A DNA stretch of 64,000 bases from Antechinus flavipes (Eukaryota), in assembly GCF_016432865.1 (NCBI RefSeq), contig NC_067403.1:256122001-256186000 (forward strand), in the 5' to 3' direction. The notes beneath the pieces were generated by a model. It was not told where the DNA came from. It saw only the letters and a program-made list of their open reading frames with translations, and searched no databases. A program made the translations under genes and the position numbers. Below are positions 22,501 through 58,375 of this stretch, piece by piece (position 1 is the stretch's first letter; each line of letters starts with the position of its first letter).

Positions 22501-25322
22501 NNNNNNNNNNNNNNNNNNNNNNNNNNNNNTGGATGCAGCCAGTAGGTCTCAGGAAACTCCAAAGCAGTCGCTCTGATGCGCTGAAGTTTCAGACCTTGTG
22601 AAAGACGCCCAATTGCCTTGTCCTGGGCACATAGTAGGTCAGCCAGCTGGCCTCTGGGGCACTCCTCCCAACGGGAGGCTGGGGACCTCAAATCTCCAGT
22701 ACTGGGCAAGCCCCCAGGGAACTGATTGCCACTTGCTTCCTGCTGCAGGATAGAAGAACAAGACCTGGAGAGACGCTTCCAGCTCCTGAGTAGAGAACTG
22801 AGAGCCATGATGGCTATTGAAGGTACCGGGGTCGGCCGGGGAAATGGGGGATGGCCTTGGGCTCACCTAAGCTGCCTCTCATGCCGCCCCATCCCATGTA
22901 CCTTCTGGGCAGCTGCCAAAATGCACTCTCAAAGGCCTGAGCTTGAGCGTGGTACTCTCCTGCTCAGAAACCTTCAGTGGCTCCCTCTTGCCCCTGGCAC
23001 AAAGCCCAGTGCCCAAGGCACACCACAATTTGGCTGTGACCTACACTTCAGTCTTAATTGGTTCCGCTCCAACTCCAGCTAAATGGGTCCGCTTGGCCGG
23101 TTCCCAGTAAGTCAAGGGACATTTTTTAAAGCTCCTACTATGTGCCAGCCTTGTGCTAATCTCTGGGGAAGGAGCTTCCAGTCTACAAGCAAACAATGAA
23201 TAAACAAAGATAGACCGATAGGGTAAAGTGGGGGTTACCTACAGAAGGAAAAGGACGAGGGAGGCCGGGAAAGGCTGGGATTTTTAACTGGGAACTAAGC
23301 CGGAAGCAGAGAGGAAAAGGGAGGGAATTCCTGACAGGGGGCACTGCAGAGAAAATGCCCGGAGTTGGGAGATGAAGAGTCAAGTTCAAAGAACGCCCAA
23401 GAGGCCATGGCCACCATGTCAAAGAATATGGGCTAGGGTGTAAGGAGCTAGAGGGCTGGTAAGGAGACAGGGAGCAGGATGTGGAGGGTGTAAAAAGACA
23501 AAGGGAGGGCCTCTCTGGGGCCCTAGGGAGTCACAGAAGTCTACTGATGAGGGCAGTGAAGGGTCAGGTCTGTGGAGGTTCTTGATGGTTGACTGGAGGA
23601 TGGCCGGGAGGCAGGCGGCCTCCCAGCAGCTGTTGCAACAGTCCCGGGCATGAGGTGATGAGGAGGGGAGGGGGTGTGCATACGAGGTAGAAATGACAGG
23701 ACCTACAACTGATGGGGTCCTGGGGTGGGGTGAGAGAGGGTGAAGAGCCTGGGTGACCCTTGGGAGGACTATGGGAATCAGGACATTCAGTTGGAGATGC
23801 AATCCTGGAGGCCTGTTGAGAGTAAATAAGCATTAAGCACCTACTATGTGCCAAATGCTTTAAAATTGTTGTCTCATGTTCCTTAGCGTAAGCCTGGGAG
23901 GTAAGTGCTGTTATTATACCCATTTAACATATGGGGAAACTGAAGCAAAGAAAAGTCGAGTGATGAGTTACACAGAGAAGAAGTGTTTGAGGCCAGATTT
24001 TGCTCTGGGTCTTTCTGAGCCCAACCCAGCACTCTGGGCACTGTGCCCCCACCTGTCTCAGCCTGGGATGGACAAACAAATCTGAAGCATTTGCATAAAC
24101 ATGATAGTTGGAAACATGGATTCAGATGAACACAGCCAGTGATCTCCTGTCTCCCTGTAGTGCCCTGGCCATCCTCCAAGTTTAGTAGCCACTCCTTCCT
24201 CATTTCTGCCTGGAAAACAAATCCTGTCCTTCTCATCCCTGTCTCCTTTCTCCCTCTCCCCTCAGGGCAAAGGCCTTGGGAAGGCACAACCTACCTTGTA
24301 TTATCCTTATTTCTGTGTCTGTGACTATGTCTCTTTCTCAGGTGCCTTCTATTCAGTCTATCTTGGATTATTATCCTTGTGTCTATGTCTGTGTCTATGT
24401 CCCTTTCTCAGGTGCCTTCTATTCAGTCTATCTTGGATTATCCTTTGTGTCTGTGTCTGTGTCTGTGACTATGTCCCTTTCTCAGGTCCCTCCTATTCAG
24501 TCTATCTTGGATTATTATCCTTGTGTCTATGTCTGTGACTGTGTCCCTTTCTCAGGTGCCTTCTATTCAGTCTATCTTGGATTGTCCTTTGTGTCTGTGT
24601 CTGTGACTATGTCCCTTTTTCAGGCCTCTCCTTGCAGCCCACCTTGTGCTACTTCATGGCTGGACACTAGTCAGCACTAAGGGCAGAGACTGGTTGGGGG
24701 GGGGTCCCTTGGGCAGAGTAAGCCTTTAGTGGGTATGATTTGAAAGGAGGAGCCGGACAAGGCCCGGGAGCCAAGGCCCAGACACGCGGTCAGGTCCCGA
24801 GAAGCCCCCGGCCGCAGCCAGGCTGCTCACCCGCTCCTCTGCTGCCTTCCCCAGACTGGATGAAAACGGAAGCCCAGCAGCACCGGGAGCAGCTCTTGCT
24901 GGAGGAGCTGGTGTCCTTGGTGAACCAGCGGGATGAGCTGGTGCGGGACTTGGATAACCGGGAGAGGACGTGAGTGCTCCCTACGTGCGGGGCCATCCCC
25001 CGGGGAGGGCGCCATTGCTGTGGGACTGCTTTGTGCACTGGGGGGGGGGGGGGGGGGCGGGGTGCAGGAGGGTGATGCCCCTCCCATGCTAGTCTGTGGG
25101 GGAGGGGTCAGGGGCTTCCTCCAGCCTGCCTCTCGGTCCTCCAGTGTCCCGAGACCCCCTTAACCCTTCCCCCCAGAACCCTGGCTCTTGGCCCGGCCGG
25201 ACGCTGCCCCTTCTTTTCCCAGAGCCCTGGAGGAGGACGAGCGCCTGGAGCGGGGTCTGGAGCAGCGGCGTCGGAAGCTGAGTCGCCAGCTGAGCCGCCG
25301 GGAGCGCTGCCTGCTGAGCTGA
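1538..25322 (+). CDS. EHBP1L1: EH domain-binding protein 1-like 1 (NT-C2, calponin-homology and bMERB domains, C-terminal CaaX); 5'-partial
   Basis: Exons: 1538-1595 ([19 protein letters not shown]), 1684-1779, 3909-3962, 4403-4581, 4737-4879, [5003-5038 cassette], 5128-5208, 5303-5567, 6141-8244, 8617-8759, 8849-8897, 9257-10030, 17389-17440, 17659-17732, 18336-18459, 20025-20124, 22749-22822, 24855-24969, 25223-25322 (stop TGA 25320-25322). All GT-AG with consistent phases; ends ...RERCLLS* (CaaX). The ATG exon is not in the window. The 8244 donor and the two small exons at 17.4-17.7 kb are the least certain. Confidence 0.95.
1975..2185. repeat. Purine-rich then (ATCC)/(CT) low-complexity tract adjoining a gap
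   Basis: GA-rich run followed by tatc/atcc/ct repeats. Confidence 0.8.
2186..2335. other. Assembly gap (150 N)
   Basis: N run. Confidence 1.
2600..2735 (-). mobile_element. MIR-family SINE remnant
   Basis: attatcctcatttgacagaaagggacactgaggcacag...aatgggaacccgagg resembles the reverse complement of the CORE-SINE core and B box. Confidence 0.65.
2830..3330 (-). mobile_element. LINE-1 ORF2 fragment, interrupted by a younger insertion at 2897-3042
   Basis: Minus-strand translation [45 protein letters not shown] matches the L1 ORF2 segment just after the endonuclease domain; it continues on the other side of the insert (ttaatctgggcaattc). Confidence 0.85.
2897..3042 (-). mobile_element. 5'-truncated young L1 3' tail with about 14-bp target-site duplication
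   Basis: T-rich tail, then tttttattatagctttttatttacaagat...ggcaggatgacccatacatgttaaat; flanked by aaacatcatccatt (2883-2896) and aaacatcgtccatt (3043-3056). Confidence 0.75.
5755..5908. repeat. Tandem duplication, 2 x 78 bp (each made of two related ~39-bp subunits)
   Basis: ccccaggctcctccagcttgtttcctt recurs at a period of 78. Confidence 0.9.
6141..8244 (+). CDS. EHBP1L1: EHBP1L1 giant (2104 nt) low-complexity G/E/A/P-rich exon
   Basis: Acceptor ctccccag at 6133-6140; open frame [19 protein letters not shown]... inside ORF 5737..8289; donor AAG|gtaggg at 8244 gives phase 0 into [12 protein letters not shown]. Confidence 0.8.
8617..10030 (+). CDS. EHBP1L1: EHBP1L1 calponin-homology domain exons plus following linker
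   Basis: [10 protein letters not shown]...[19 protein letters not shown] (8617-8759), [16 protein letters not shown] (8849-8897), [40 protein letters not shown]...[16 protein letters not shown] (9257-10030): EHBP/MICAL-family CH signature. Confidence 0.93.
9179..9256. repeat. Pyrimidine-rich ~21-bp tandem repeat forming the polypyrimidine tract of exon 9257
   Basis: ctgccccatgccctctgccct repeated about 3.5 times. Confidence 0.85.
11972..12195 (+). repeat. Degenerate ~30-bp minisatellite resembling the MIR 3' tail
   Basis: gttctaagaccttccagctccgacatcccac / gttctaaggcccctccggctctgagttccat / gtcctaaggcccttccagctccatcttgt; related arrays at 18555-18860, 31443-31515 and (reverse) 62765-62880. 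Confidence 0.65.
13019..13190. mobile_element. Two MIR core fragments in opposite orientation
   Basis: gtgactctgggcaagtgcctt...gcctcagtttcctcacctgtcaaatg (+) and ccgttttgcagatgaggaaactgagaccca (-). Confidence 0.7.
17868..18062. repeat. (GA)/(GACA) purine-rich microsatellite
   Basis: gagagagagacagagagagagacgg... Confidence 0.9.
18336..25322 (+). CDS. EHBP1L1: EHBP1L1 C-terminal bMERB (Rab-binding) domain exons
   Basis: [120 protein letters not shown]...CLLS*. Confidence 0.93.
18980..19155 (-). mobile_element. L2 3' end remnant
   Basis: cattcaaac...ttaagcacctactgtgtgc ... ctcctcaaggagcttacatt. Confidence 0.6.
19385..19500 (+). mobile_element. L1 3' tail remnant (marsupial type)
   Basis: ctctcgtggtttttcccttttgctttgctttttctctcc...gtgtgcgttaaaaagaaataaaat, ending A-rich. 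Confidence 0.55.
20308..20987. other. Assembly gaps (N 20308-20683 and 20725-20987) around a short GA-rich island
   Basis: N runs. Confidence 1.
21255..21560 (+). mobile_element. Marsupial CORE-SINE (Mar1/MIR-like) with duplicated L2-type tail
   Basis: gagttcaaatcc (B box), aagtcacttaacctctgttggcctcagttttcctcatc core, tail gcacttagcacag...agtaggcatt...aaatgcttattccc present twice. Confidence 0.75.
21898..21913 (-). promoter_or_regulatory. CTCF binding-site candidate
   Basis: Minus strand GGCCGCCAGGTGGCGC(TG) closely matches the CTCF core TGGCCACCAGGGGGCGCTA. Confidence 0.65.
22307..22371 (+). mobile_element. tRNA-derived marsupial SINE head, truncated by a gap
   Basis: ggggcagctagggggcgcagtggatagagcacc...cctgagttcaaat: A and B boxes typical of marsupial SINE1/WSINE1-like elements. 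Confidence 0.75.
22372..22529. other. Assembly gap (158 N)
   Basis: N run. Confidence 1.
23100..24030 (-). mobile_element. Cluster of L2 fragments (about 23100-23820) and a MIR/Mar1-like SINE (about 23820-24030)
   Basis: aaagctcctactatgtgccagc; ttaagcacctactatgtgcca...attatacccatttaacatatggggaaactgaagca...tgaggccagattt. Confidence 0.65.
24299..24625. repeat. AT-rich ~70-bp minisatellite, about 4.6 copies
   Basis: ctcaggtgccttctattcagtctatcttggatt starts at 24337, 24407, 24481 and 24551, with a partial copy near 24620. Confidence 0.92.
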
Positions 25323-25983
25323 GCCGGGCCGGGCAGAACCGAGCCGAGCGAAGCCGAGCCGGGCCGGGCGGGCCGCGGATCCCCGGCCAGTCTCTTCGGG
25401 GGACCGCTCCCATTCGGGCTGGGTGGGGGCCGAGGGTCACGCTGGGCGTCCCGGGGATCCCTTGCCGGCGGGCGGGATGGGCCAGGAGGCCCCGGACCTG
25501 CGCCAGGGGGTTTCCCTGCCTGGCTGGGAGCCCCGCCCCCCAGCCTCCCCGCCCCCCAGCATCCGCTCTCCTTCGTCCCCGCCCCGCTCGTGCCTTTCAG
25601 CGTGTGGCCACCAGAGGCCGCCGTGGGCCTGGTTTGCGGCGCTGCGGGGCGTGGGGGCCCCTAGCGGTGGGCCGGCCCAGCCTCCCCCAGCCCGCCGGGC
25701 CGTATTTATTGCAGTGTGTGCGCGTGTCTGTGTGTCTGTCTGTGTGTGCGCGTGGGCTCTGGGCCCCGCGGGGGGGGAGGGGTGGGTGGGTGTGCGATTG
25801 CGGAGGGATCCCCCGAGACCTCTGGGCCCTTCGCTAAGCGAGGGGGAGGGGGCGGGGGCAGCGGGCGATGACTCCGGGCCCTCCCCTGGCCGAGCAAAGA
25901 CTGGGTTAGCCCCTCTTGTTACTGGGGGGGAGGGGCAGAACCTCCCCCTCAGACCGCACCACCCTGGCCAGCAGTTTGACCTC

Positions 25984-25989
25984 AATAAA
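25984..25989 (+). terminator. EHBP1L1 polyadenylation signal
   Basis: AATAAA about 660 nt after the stop codon. Confidence 0.75.
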
Positions 25990-26543
25990 TTCTGACTGGG
26001 AGCCAGGACTCCGGCCTGTCTTTCTCCCCTCCCCCCACACGGGGGCAGGGCGCAGGGATCCGTGGGTTAGGAGAGGGGAGGAGGGGCCAAGGTGGGGGCC
26101 AGGCTGGGGGGTGCCCGATACAGCCGTCCTTGGAGGAGCCGAGTGCCCCCACCCCGTCTGGAAAGGAGGTCGGGCTGCTGAGTCTGGGGGAGGGGAGAGA
26201 GGGGGCCTGTGTGACCCAGCACAGGGAGCCTCCCGGGCCGCTTCCTCCCGTGCAAAACCAAGGGGCGAAGACTGGCTTCTTCCAGCTCTGAACAGCTCCT
26301 GCTCCTCTGGTCCCAAGGACTTCGCTCCACATGGAGGAGGGGAAGGGGCATTGAACCCATTTTACAGATGAAAACACTGAGGGGTTGAGAAAATAATCCC
26401 GAGTGGCCTGCTTCATAAACTAGCCAGGCGGGACTTCCGGGCCTTGGCCAAAAGAGTCCTCCAGGGAGGACTCTGGGGCATTTTTACCAAGGCCTGGGGG
26501 GGCTTGTGGGGGAGACCGAGGCAGGTAGGAATCAGACCTTGCT

Positions 26544-26549
26544 TTTATT
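26544..26549 (-). terminator. KCNK7 polyadenylation signal
   Basis: TTTATT on + (AATAAA on -) about 140 nt after the KCNK7 stop. Confidence 0.7.
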
Positions 26550-26686
26550 CACACCCCTAGACTTACACACATTCGCGGCCCCTGAAGCTCCCCAAGCCCT
26601 GCAGGGCCAGCCAGCTTCTGACTTGGCCATCCCGGCCCCCTCACCCCTCACCCCCCCCACACCTCGGGGAGGGCCGCGCCGGGCTC

Positions 26687-29421
26687 TCAGGCAGCGCTGG
26701 TGCCCTGGGCCGGGGCAGGGGCCGGGGGCGCGGGGGAGGCGCCGGGAGGTGGGCAGTGGCGAAGGGCCAGAGCATCCTGAGAGACAATGTCCCTTTGGTC
26801 CTCCTCCGAGCTCTGGGGGCTGGGGCTGAAGTAGCCCACCAAGGCCCGGACCTCCCTGAGCTCCGAGACCGTCTCCAGCGTCGACAGCAGAACCAGCAGC
26901 CCCAGAAGCAGGTAACCTGGCGGAGGAGGACAGAGATGAGGAAGAGGAGGGACGGGGCTGCCGGGCCTCCCGCCATTCCTTTGGCCCCGGGTGCTAGCCA
27001 GGAGCGGGCCTGCGTCCGTGGGGGGCAGCGCTGAGGCCGCCGGTCCTCCTCCCCTTCCCCAGCAGGCCCCCTTCTCAGCCGCAGTCAGAGGGACTCAGGG
27101 AGAGGCGCCGGATCCGGCCCTCCCGGGTGGGCCCCTGACAAGCGGCCGCTCACGCTCACTCTGGCGTCCCCAGGAAAGCTGCCGCGCCCGTACGGGGTCT
27201 CCCGTCACCCCCTTCACGCCTGAGGCTCGGAAGGGCCTTCCTGCTGAAGCAGCCCTTGGGGGAGCTCGGCCCCCCAGAGCCGGCCCTCCTTCAGCAGCTC
27301 CCGCTTGGAGCCCAGCCCCGGAAGCTCCCGCGGGGCGCTCTCGCTGCCCCCTGGGCTCGCCGTGGGAAAGAGCTCCGGATTGGGAGCCCGGGACCTCGTG
27401 CTCTGGGGGCCGTCCCGGCGCCCGGACTGGTGTGGGGAGCGGGTGCCCCCGGGCCCTCACTCACCGATGAGGGCGAGCTGGCTGAGCCAGTACAGGGCCG
27501 GGTGGCGCTCGCGGCCGGGCACGAAGTCCCCCAGCCCGATGGTGCTGAGCGACATGAAGCAGAAGTAGAAGGCGTCCAGCGGGCTCGCGCCGGGCTCCTG
27601 GCTCCAGAACACCAGCGTGGGGAGCAGCACGAAGACCGTCGCCACCGTCAGCCCCAGCAGGGCCGCCTGGAGCCAGGGCACGCGGGCGGGGGCCAGGCCG
27701 CAGCGCGCGGCCAAACGGCTCAGCAGGCGGCGCAGCGGGCGCAGCAGGCGCTGGCACAGGGCCGTGGCCAGCACCAGGCTCGCGGGCAGCCCCAGGCCGG
27801 CGAAGCCCACGCAGAAGGCCTTCCCGCCGTCCGAGAGCAGCGCCGCGTGGCCGTAACCTGGACCGCGGGGAGAGAGGGAGGGGAGGCTGAGCCCTCGGCC
27901 CCAGGGGTCCGGGCCGGCCCCTCCCATCCCTCCCTCCCTGACCCCCTTGTGGGAGCTGCCCCTCCCCCAGGCCCGGGACGGGGAGCTTTCTCAGGGAACG
28001 CTGGGGGTGCCGCCCCCTCACTGGGGGCTCTGCAGACCCCGGAGTCCCCTGGGACCTCCCCAAGAAGCCTCAGAGACTCCGGAGATGGGGAGCTCACTCC
28101 CTGCGGGAGCAGCCCCTCCTCCCCCTAAGCCCAGGTTCGTCATTGGTTTCTCTGTGACTTGCGTCGCTCCCGCCCGGGCAGAACAAGGGTCGAAGGAGGC
28201 ACGCTGGGGCATTCGAGGCTGCCCGTGTTTGGGGGGAGCCGCCCCCCTCAGCGTCAGAGCCGCGGCTCGCCCGGAGCCGCTGGGCCGGGAGGAACCTCGG
28301 AGACCCGAACTTTGGGTCCGTTTCCTGATTGACAAGAGGGGAAACTGAGGCCCGGAGAAGGGGCCGGCTCGCTTGGGGTCCCCGCGGAGCAGGGTCAGGC
28401 CGGCCCGGGCCCTTTGCCTCTCCTTGCAGAGGGGACTCCGACAGTTCGATGCGCCAGAACTTCTGCCCCGGCTGGATGCAGGGATCGGCCCTGGAGCCCA
28501 GACCGTGCAGTTCCGCCCTCGGGGGCTCGTGGGCAGAATATTTGGGGTCCAGAGGGCCCGGGTTCAAGTCCCACTGCAGACACTGGGCTGTGTGACTGAG
28601 GGCAAGTCCCTTAAGGTCTCCAGGCTGTTTCCTCTTCCGCCAGGATCGAGATCCTGGGCCGCGCGGGGTCAGGGAACCTCACGTCCTCAAATATTTGAAC
28701 AGTTGTGGGGAGGGAACCGGCCACGTTCTCCCCGGGGGCGGGACCCGGGGCACTGGGCCCGGACGCAGCCGAGCGGGCGCAGGGAGACCTCCGACCCTGG
28801 AAGGCTCCGAGCGGAGGGAGGCTGTCGGCCAGAGGGTCCCGGGGCCGCCCCTGAAGCCCCTCCCCAATCCGAAGTTCTGGCCAGGACCGGCCCTTGGGCG
28901 CTTCCAGAGGGAGCAGCCTGGAGTGGGTGGGGCCCCTGGCTGATAAACTGGAGGTACCGGTTGGGGAGCGTTAAGGGCTGGGAGACGCTCCCCTGGAAGG
29001 CGCTCTGGGAGCCGGGGCTCTGGGCCTGCCCCACGCAGGAACCGGGGGCGCCGACGACCCCGCGCTGGCCCCCGGCTCCTCAGCACGCGGGGTCCGGCCT
29101 CTGCGCCTTACCTGTGGTGGTGAGGAGGCTGACGGCGAAGAACAGGGCGGAAGCAAAGTCCCAGTTCTCGTTCCCGGTGACGTTGCCCAGGGCGGAGACC
29201 CCGGAGGCCTGGGCTTGAAGCACCGCCTCCAGCAGCCCCTCCAGCCTCCAGGGGGGCAGGCAGCCCCGGTGGTCTTCCTGGAAGGCGGCCAGGTGGCCCA
29301 GCAGCTGCTCCCGGAGCCGGCGCTCGGGGGGCCCCTCGGTGGCCATGAACACGGCGGAGCCCAGCAGCACAAAGGCCAGGTAGCAGGCCAGCAGCAGCCA
29401 GAAGCGGGCCCCGGGCCCCAT
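26687..29421 (-). CDS. KCNK7: Two-pore-domain potassium channel, TWIK subfamily (K2P7.1), 310 aa
   Basis: Exons 29421-29112 (MGPGARFWLLL...WDFASALFFAVSLLTTT), 27857-27465 (GYGHAALLSDGGKAFC...STIGLGDFVPG), 26916-26687 (GYLLLGLLVLLSTLETVSELREVRAL...SAA*; exon 3 is absent from the ORF track). 933 nt, phases 1-1-1. Named KCNK7 from its position between EHBP1L1 and MAP3K11 and its three-exon layout. Confidence 0.92.
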
Positions 29422-29772
29422 GGGCAGGGCCGAGAGTGGGGGCCCAGAAACGGGCTCCGGGGACCAGGGCAGTGCCCTGTGTGGGGCGGCCGGGGATGAG
29501 CGTCCGGGCTAAGGGAGGAGCCTGAGGCTGCACGTGTGTGGGCTGGGGAGAGGAGGGAAGGGAACCACCCTGGGAACAGCCAAGCATCTGCAAGGGGCAC
29601 AGGGGCGGGCGCTGCCAGTGGCGGGACCCACGGCTCCTGCCCCCTCCTCCTGCCTCCCCCCATGCCCACATTCTCGGGTGGCCCCGTGTCCAGCCCCAGG
29701 AGGCGGGAGGGCCGAGGCCCCTGCAGCAGCCACAAGCTTGGCTAGATTGCCTGGGTCCCCATCCTCCCTCAC

Positions 29773-29778
29773 TTTATA
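29773..29778 (-). promoter_or_regulatory. Candidate KCNK7 TATA box
   Basis: TATAAA on the minus strand about 350 nt upstream of the ATG, in otherwise GC-rich sequence. Confidence 0.45.
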
Positions 29779-30142
29779 GAGGCTCCAGGTCCCCGGACCA
29801 TAAGGCCCGGCACGAAGCCCCCGGTGCTTTTGCCGCCCCCCACTTGGCTCCTCTGCTGGGAGCGCCTTCCCAAGCCCTCACTGCCGTCCCTCCTAGGGGC
29901 TCCTTTCCCCGAGCCCTCAGTGGGGTGCTCCCCCATCCCCCTTGGCTTAGGGTGTAACCCTCCATCTGATGAGTTATGGGGAGGGTCTTCCCCAACGGAA
30001 CCTCCCGAGGGCAGGACGGCTCACTGGGCCCTCACTCTCGGTGGGTTGATGGTGTCTCGGACAGAGGCCAAATACCAGTTACTCCCAGAATCCTCTCTGG
30101 GGGTCAGAGGAAAAAGCCGAGCCTGTGTAGACAGCTGAAGAG

Positions 30143-30148
30143 TTTATT
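30143..30148 (-). terminator. MAP3K11 polyadenylation signal
   Basis: AATAAA on the minus strand about 815 nt after the stop codon. Confidence 0.7.
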
Positions 30149-30962
30149 TGGTTTCAGTAGCACTCGAGGCCGTGACCTGCAGACCGGGGCTGGGGGTGGA
30201 GTGTTTGGTGCCGAGCCCCCACGGGAAGCCCTCGGCTGTGTCCCCTGGACCACTGGGGTGGGGAAACACGGGGGGACACGCTCCCAAGGGCCCCTTGGCT
30301 CCTCCCGGACAGCCCAGTCCCGCGCCTCCCTCCCCAGGGGCCACAACCACGTGACTTTGCACTCCCTGCTTCCCCCCCCCCCCAAGGCCGGGGAAAGGGT
30401 GGACAGTGATTCCCTGAGACAGGTTCTGGCACCCCCCAAACCAGCCAGTTACAGTGTTGAGCCCCGGGGGGAAGAAGAGGGGCAAGGGGATGGCTCCGGA
30501 GGCCCCTTGGGGACCTCTGCAGGGGGCTGGGAGAGGCAGGGGCGCCCCCAACCACCCTCCGGACTCCCCCCAGTGTCCAGTGTTAAGGCTTCAGGTGCAG
30601 CGTAGTGTTCCAGGGCAGGGAGGCTTCATCCCCATCTTCTGCGCTCCCCTCTAAAGAAAAGGGCCACCTTGGAGGAGAACCCAGAGCCTCTGGGAGAAAC
30701 TGAGGCAGCTGCCAACGGGCCCGCGCTCCGAGAGACTGCTCAGTCCCTTCCGGAGGGACCGGGGGAAAGAGAAGGCAGGGGCCATCAGCCCCGTGGATCT
30801 AGTGGCCTTTGTGGGGTCTGGCCCCTTTCTCCTTTTCCAGTGTATACAGTGGCTCCTGGAGAGGGCCTCCCTCTGGCTGAAGGTCCCCCGGGGGGCATCC
30901 ACCTCCCCGAAAGGCGCCGAGACACTCCCACCTCACTGTGGGGTACACCTTGCCCCCCTCGC

Positions 30963-40881
<9,919 letters not shown>

Positions 40882-41399
40882 TCATTGCGGCGGAGGGGGA
40901 AACCGAGGCCCAGGGAAGCCCCGACCGCTGCCCTGGGGGCCCCCGCATGGCGGGCTGGGGCCCCCGGGGGCCTGGGGCCAGGTCAGGGGCGGAGCGGCCG
41001 GGGGCGCCGCCGGGGGAGCATGGGGGCCTCGGCCAGACCTGGCTCTCCTTCCTCCTCCTCCTGGGCGCCCCGGCCGCGCTCCCTCCTGCTCCCTCCGAGC
41101 TCTCTTTGTACTTTGGCCCCGGGCGGGAGGCGGCGGCGGCGGGGGAGGAGTTTCGCTTTTTTCCGCTCTTCTCCCTCCTGCAGGAAACAGCATCAGATGA
41201 CGCTGGCCCCGCGGGGCGGCCCTGGCCGGGGGACCCCGAGCCCCGCGCCCGCCTCTGGGGAACCCGCGCGGTCGTCCCCAGCCGCACACTGCCTCGCGCG
41301 CGCTCTCCTGGGGGACCCTCGGGGAAACTGAGGCGGCGAAGCGGCGGGAGCGCACTTTTGCGATGGCGACGGCCGAGCCCGAGCGCGAGCCCCTCCGCG

Positions 41400-58375
<16,976 letters not shown>

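Noticed and set aside
26687-29421. Calling the K2P gene KCNK1 or KCNK6
   Set aside because: The pore is TWIK-1-like, but synteny (EHBP1L1-x-MAP3K11) and the exon 3 sequence (YLLLGLL...ETVSEL.EVRA) match KCNK7.
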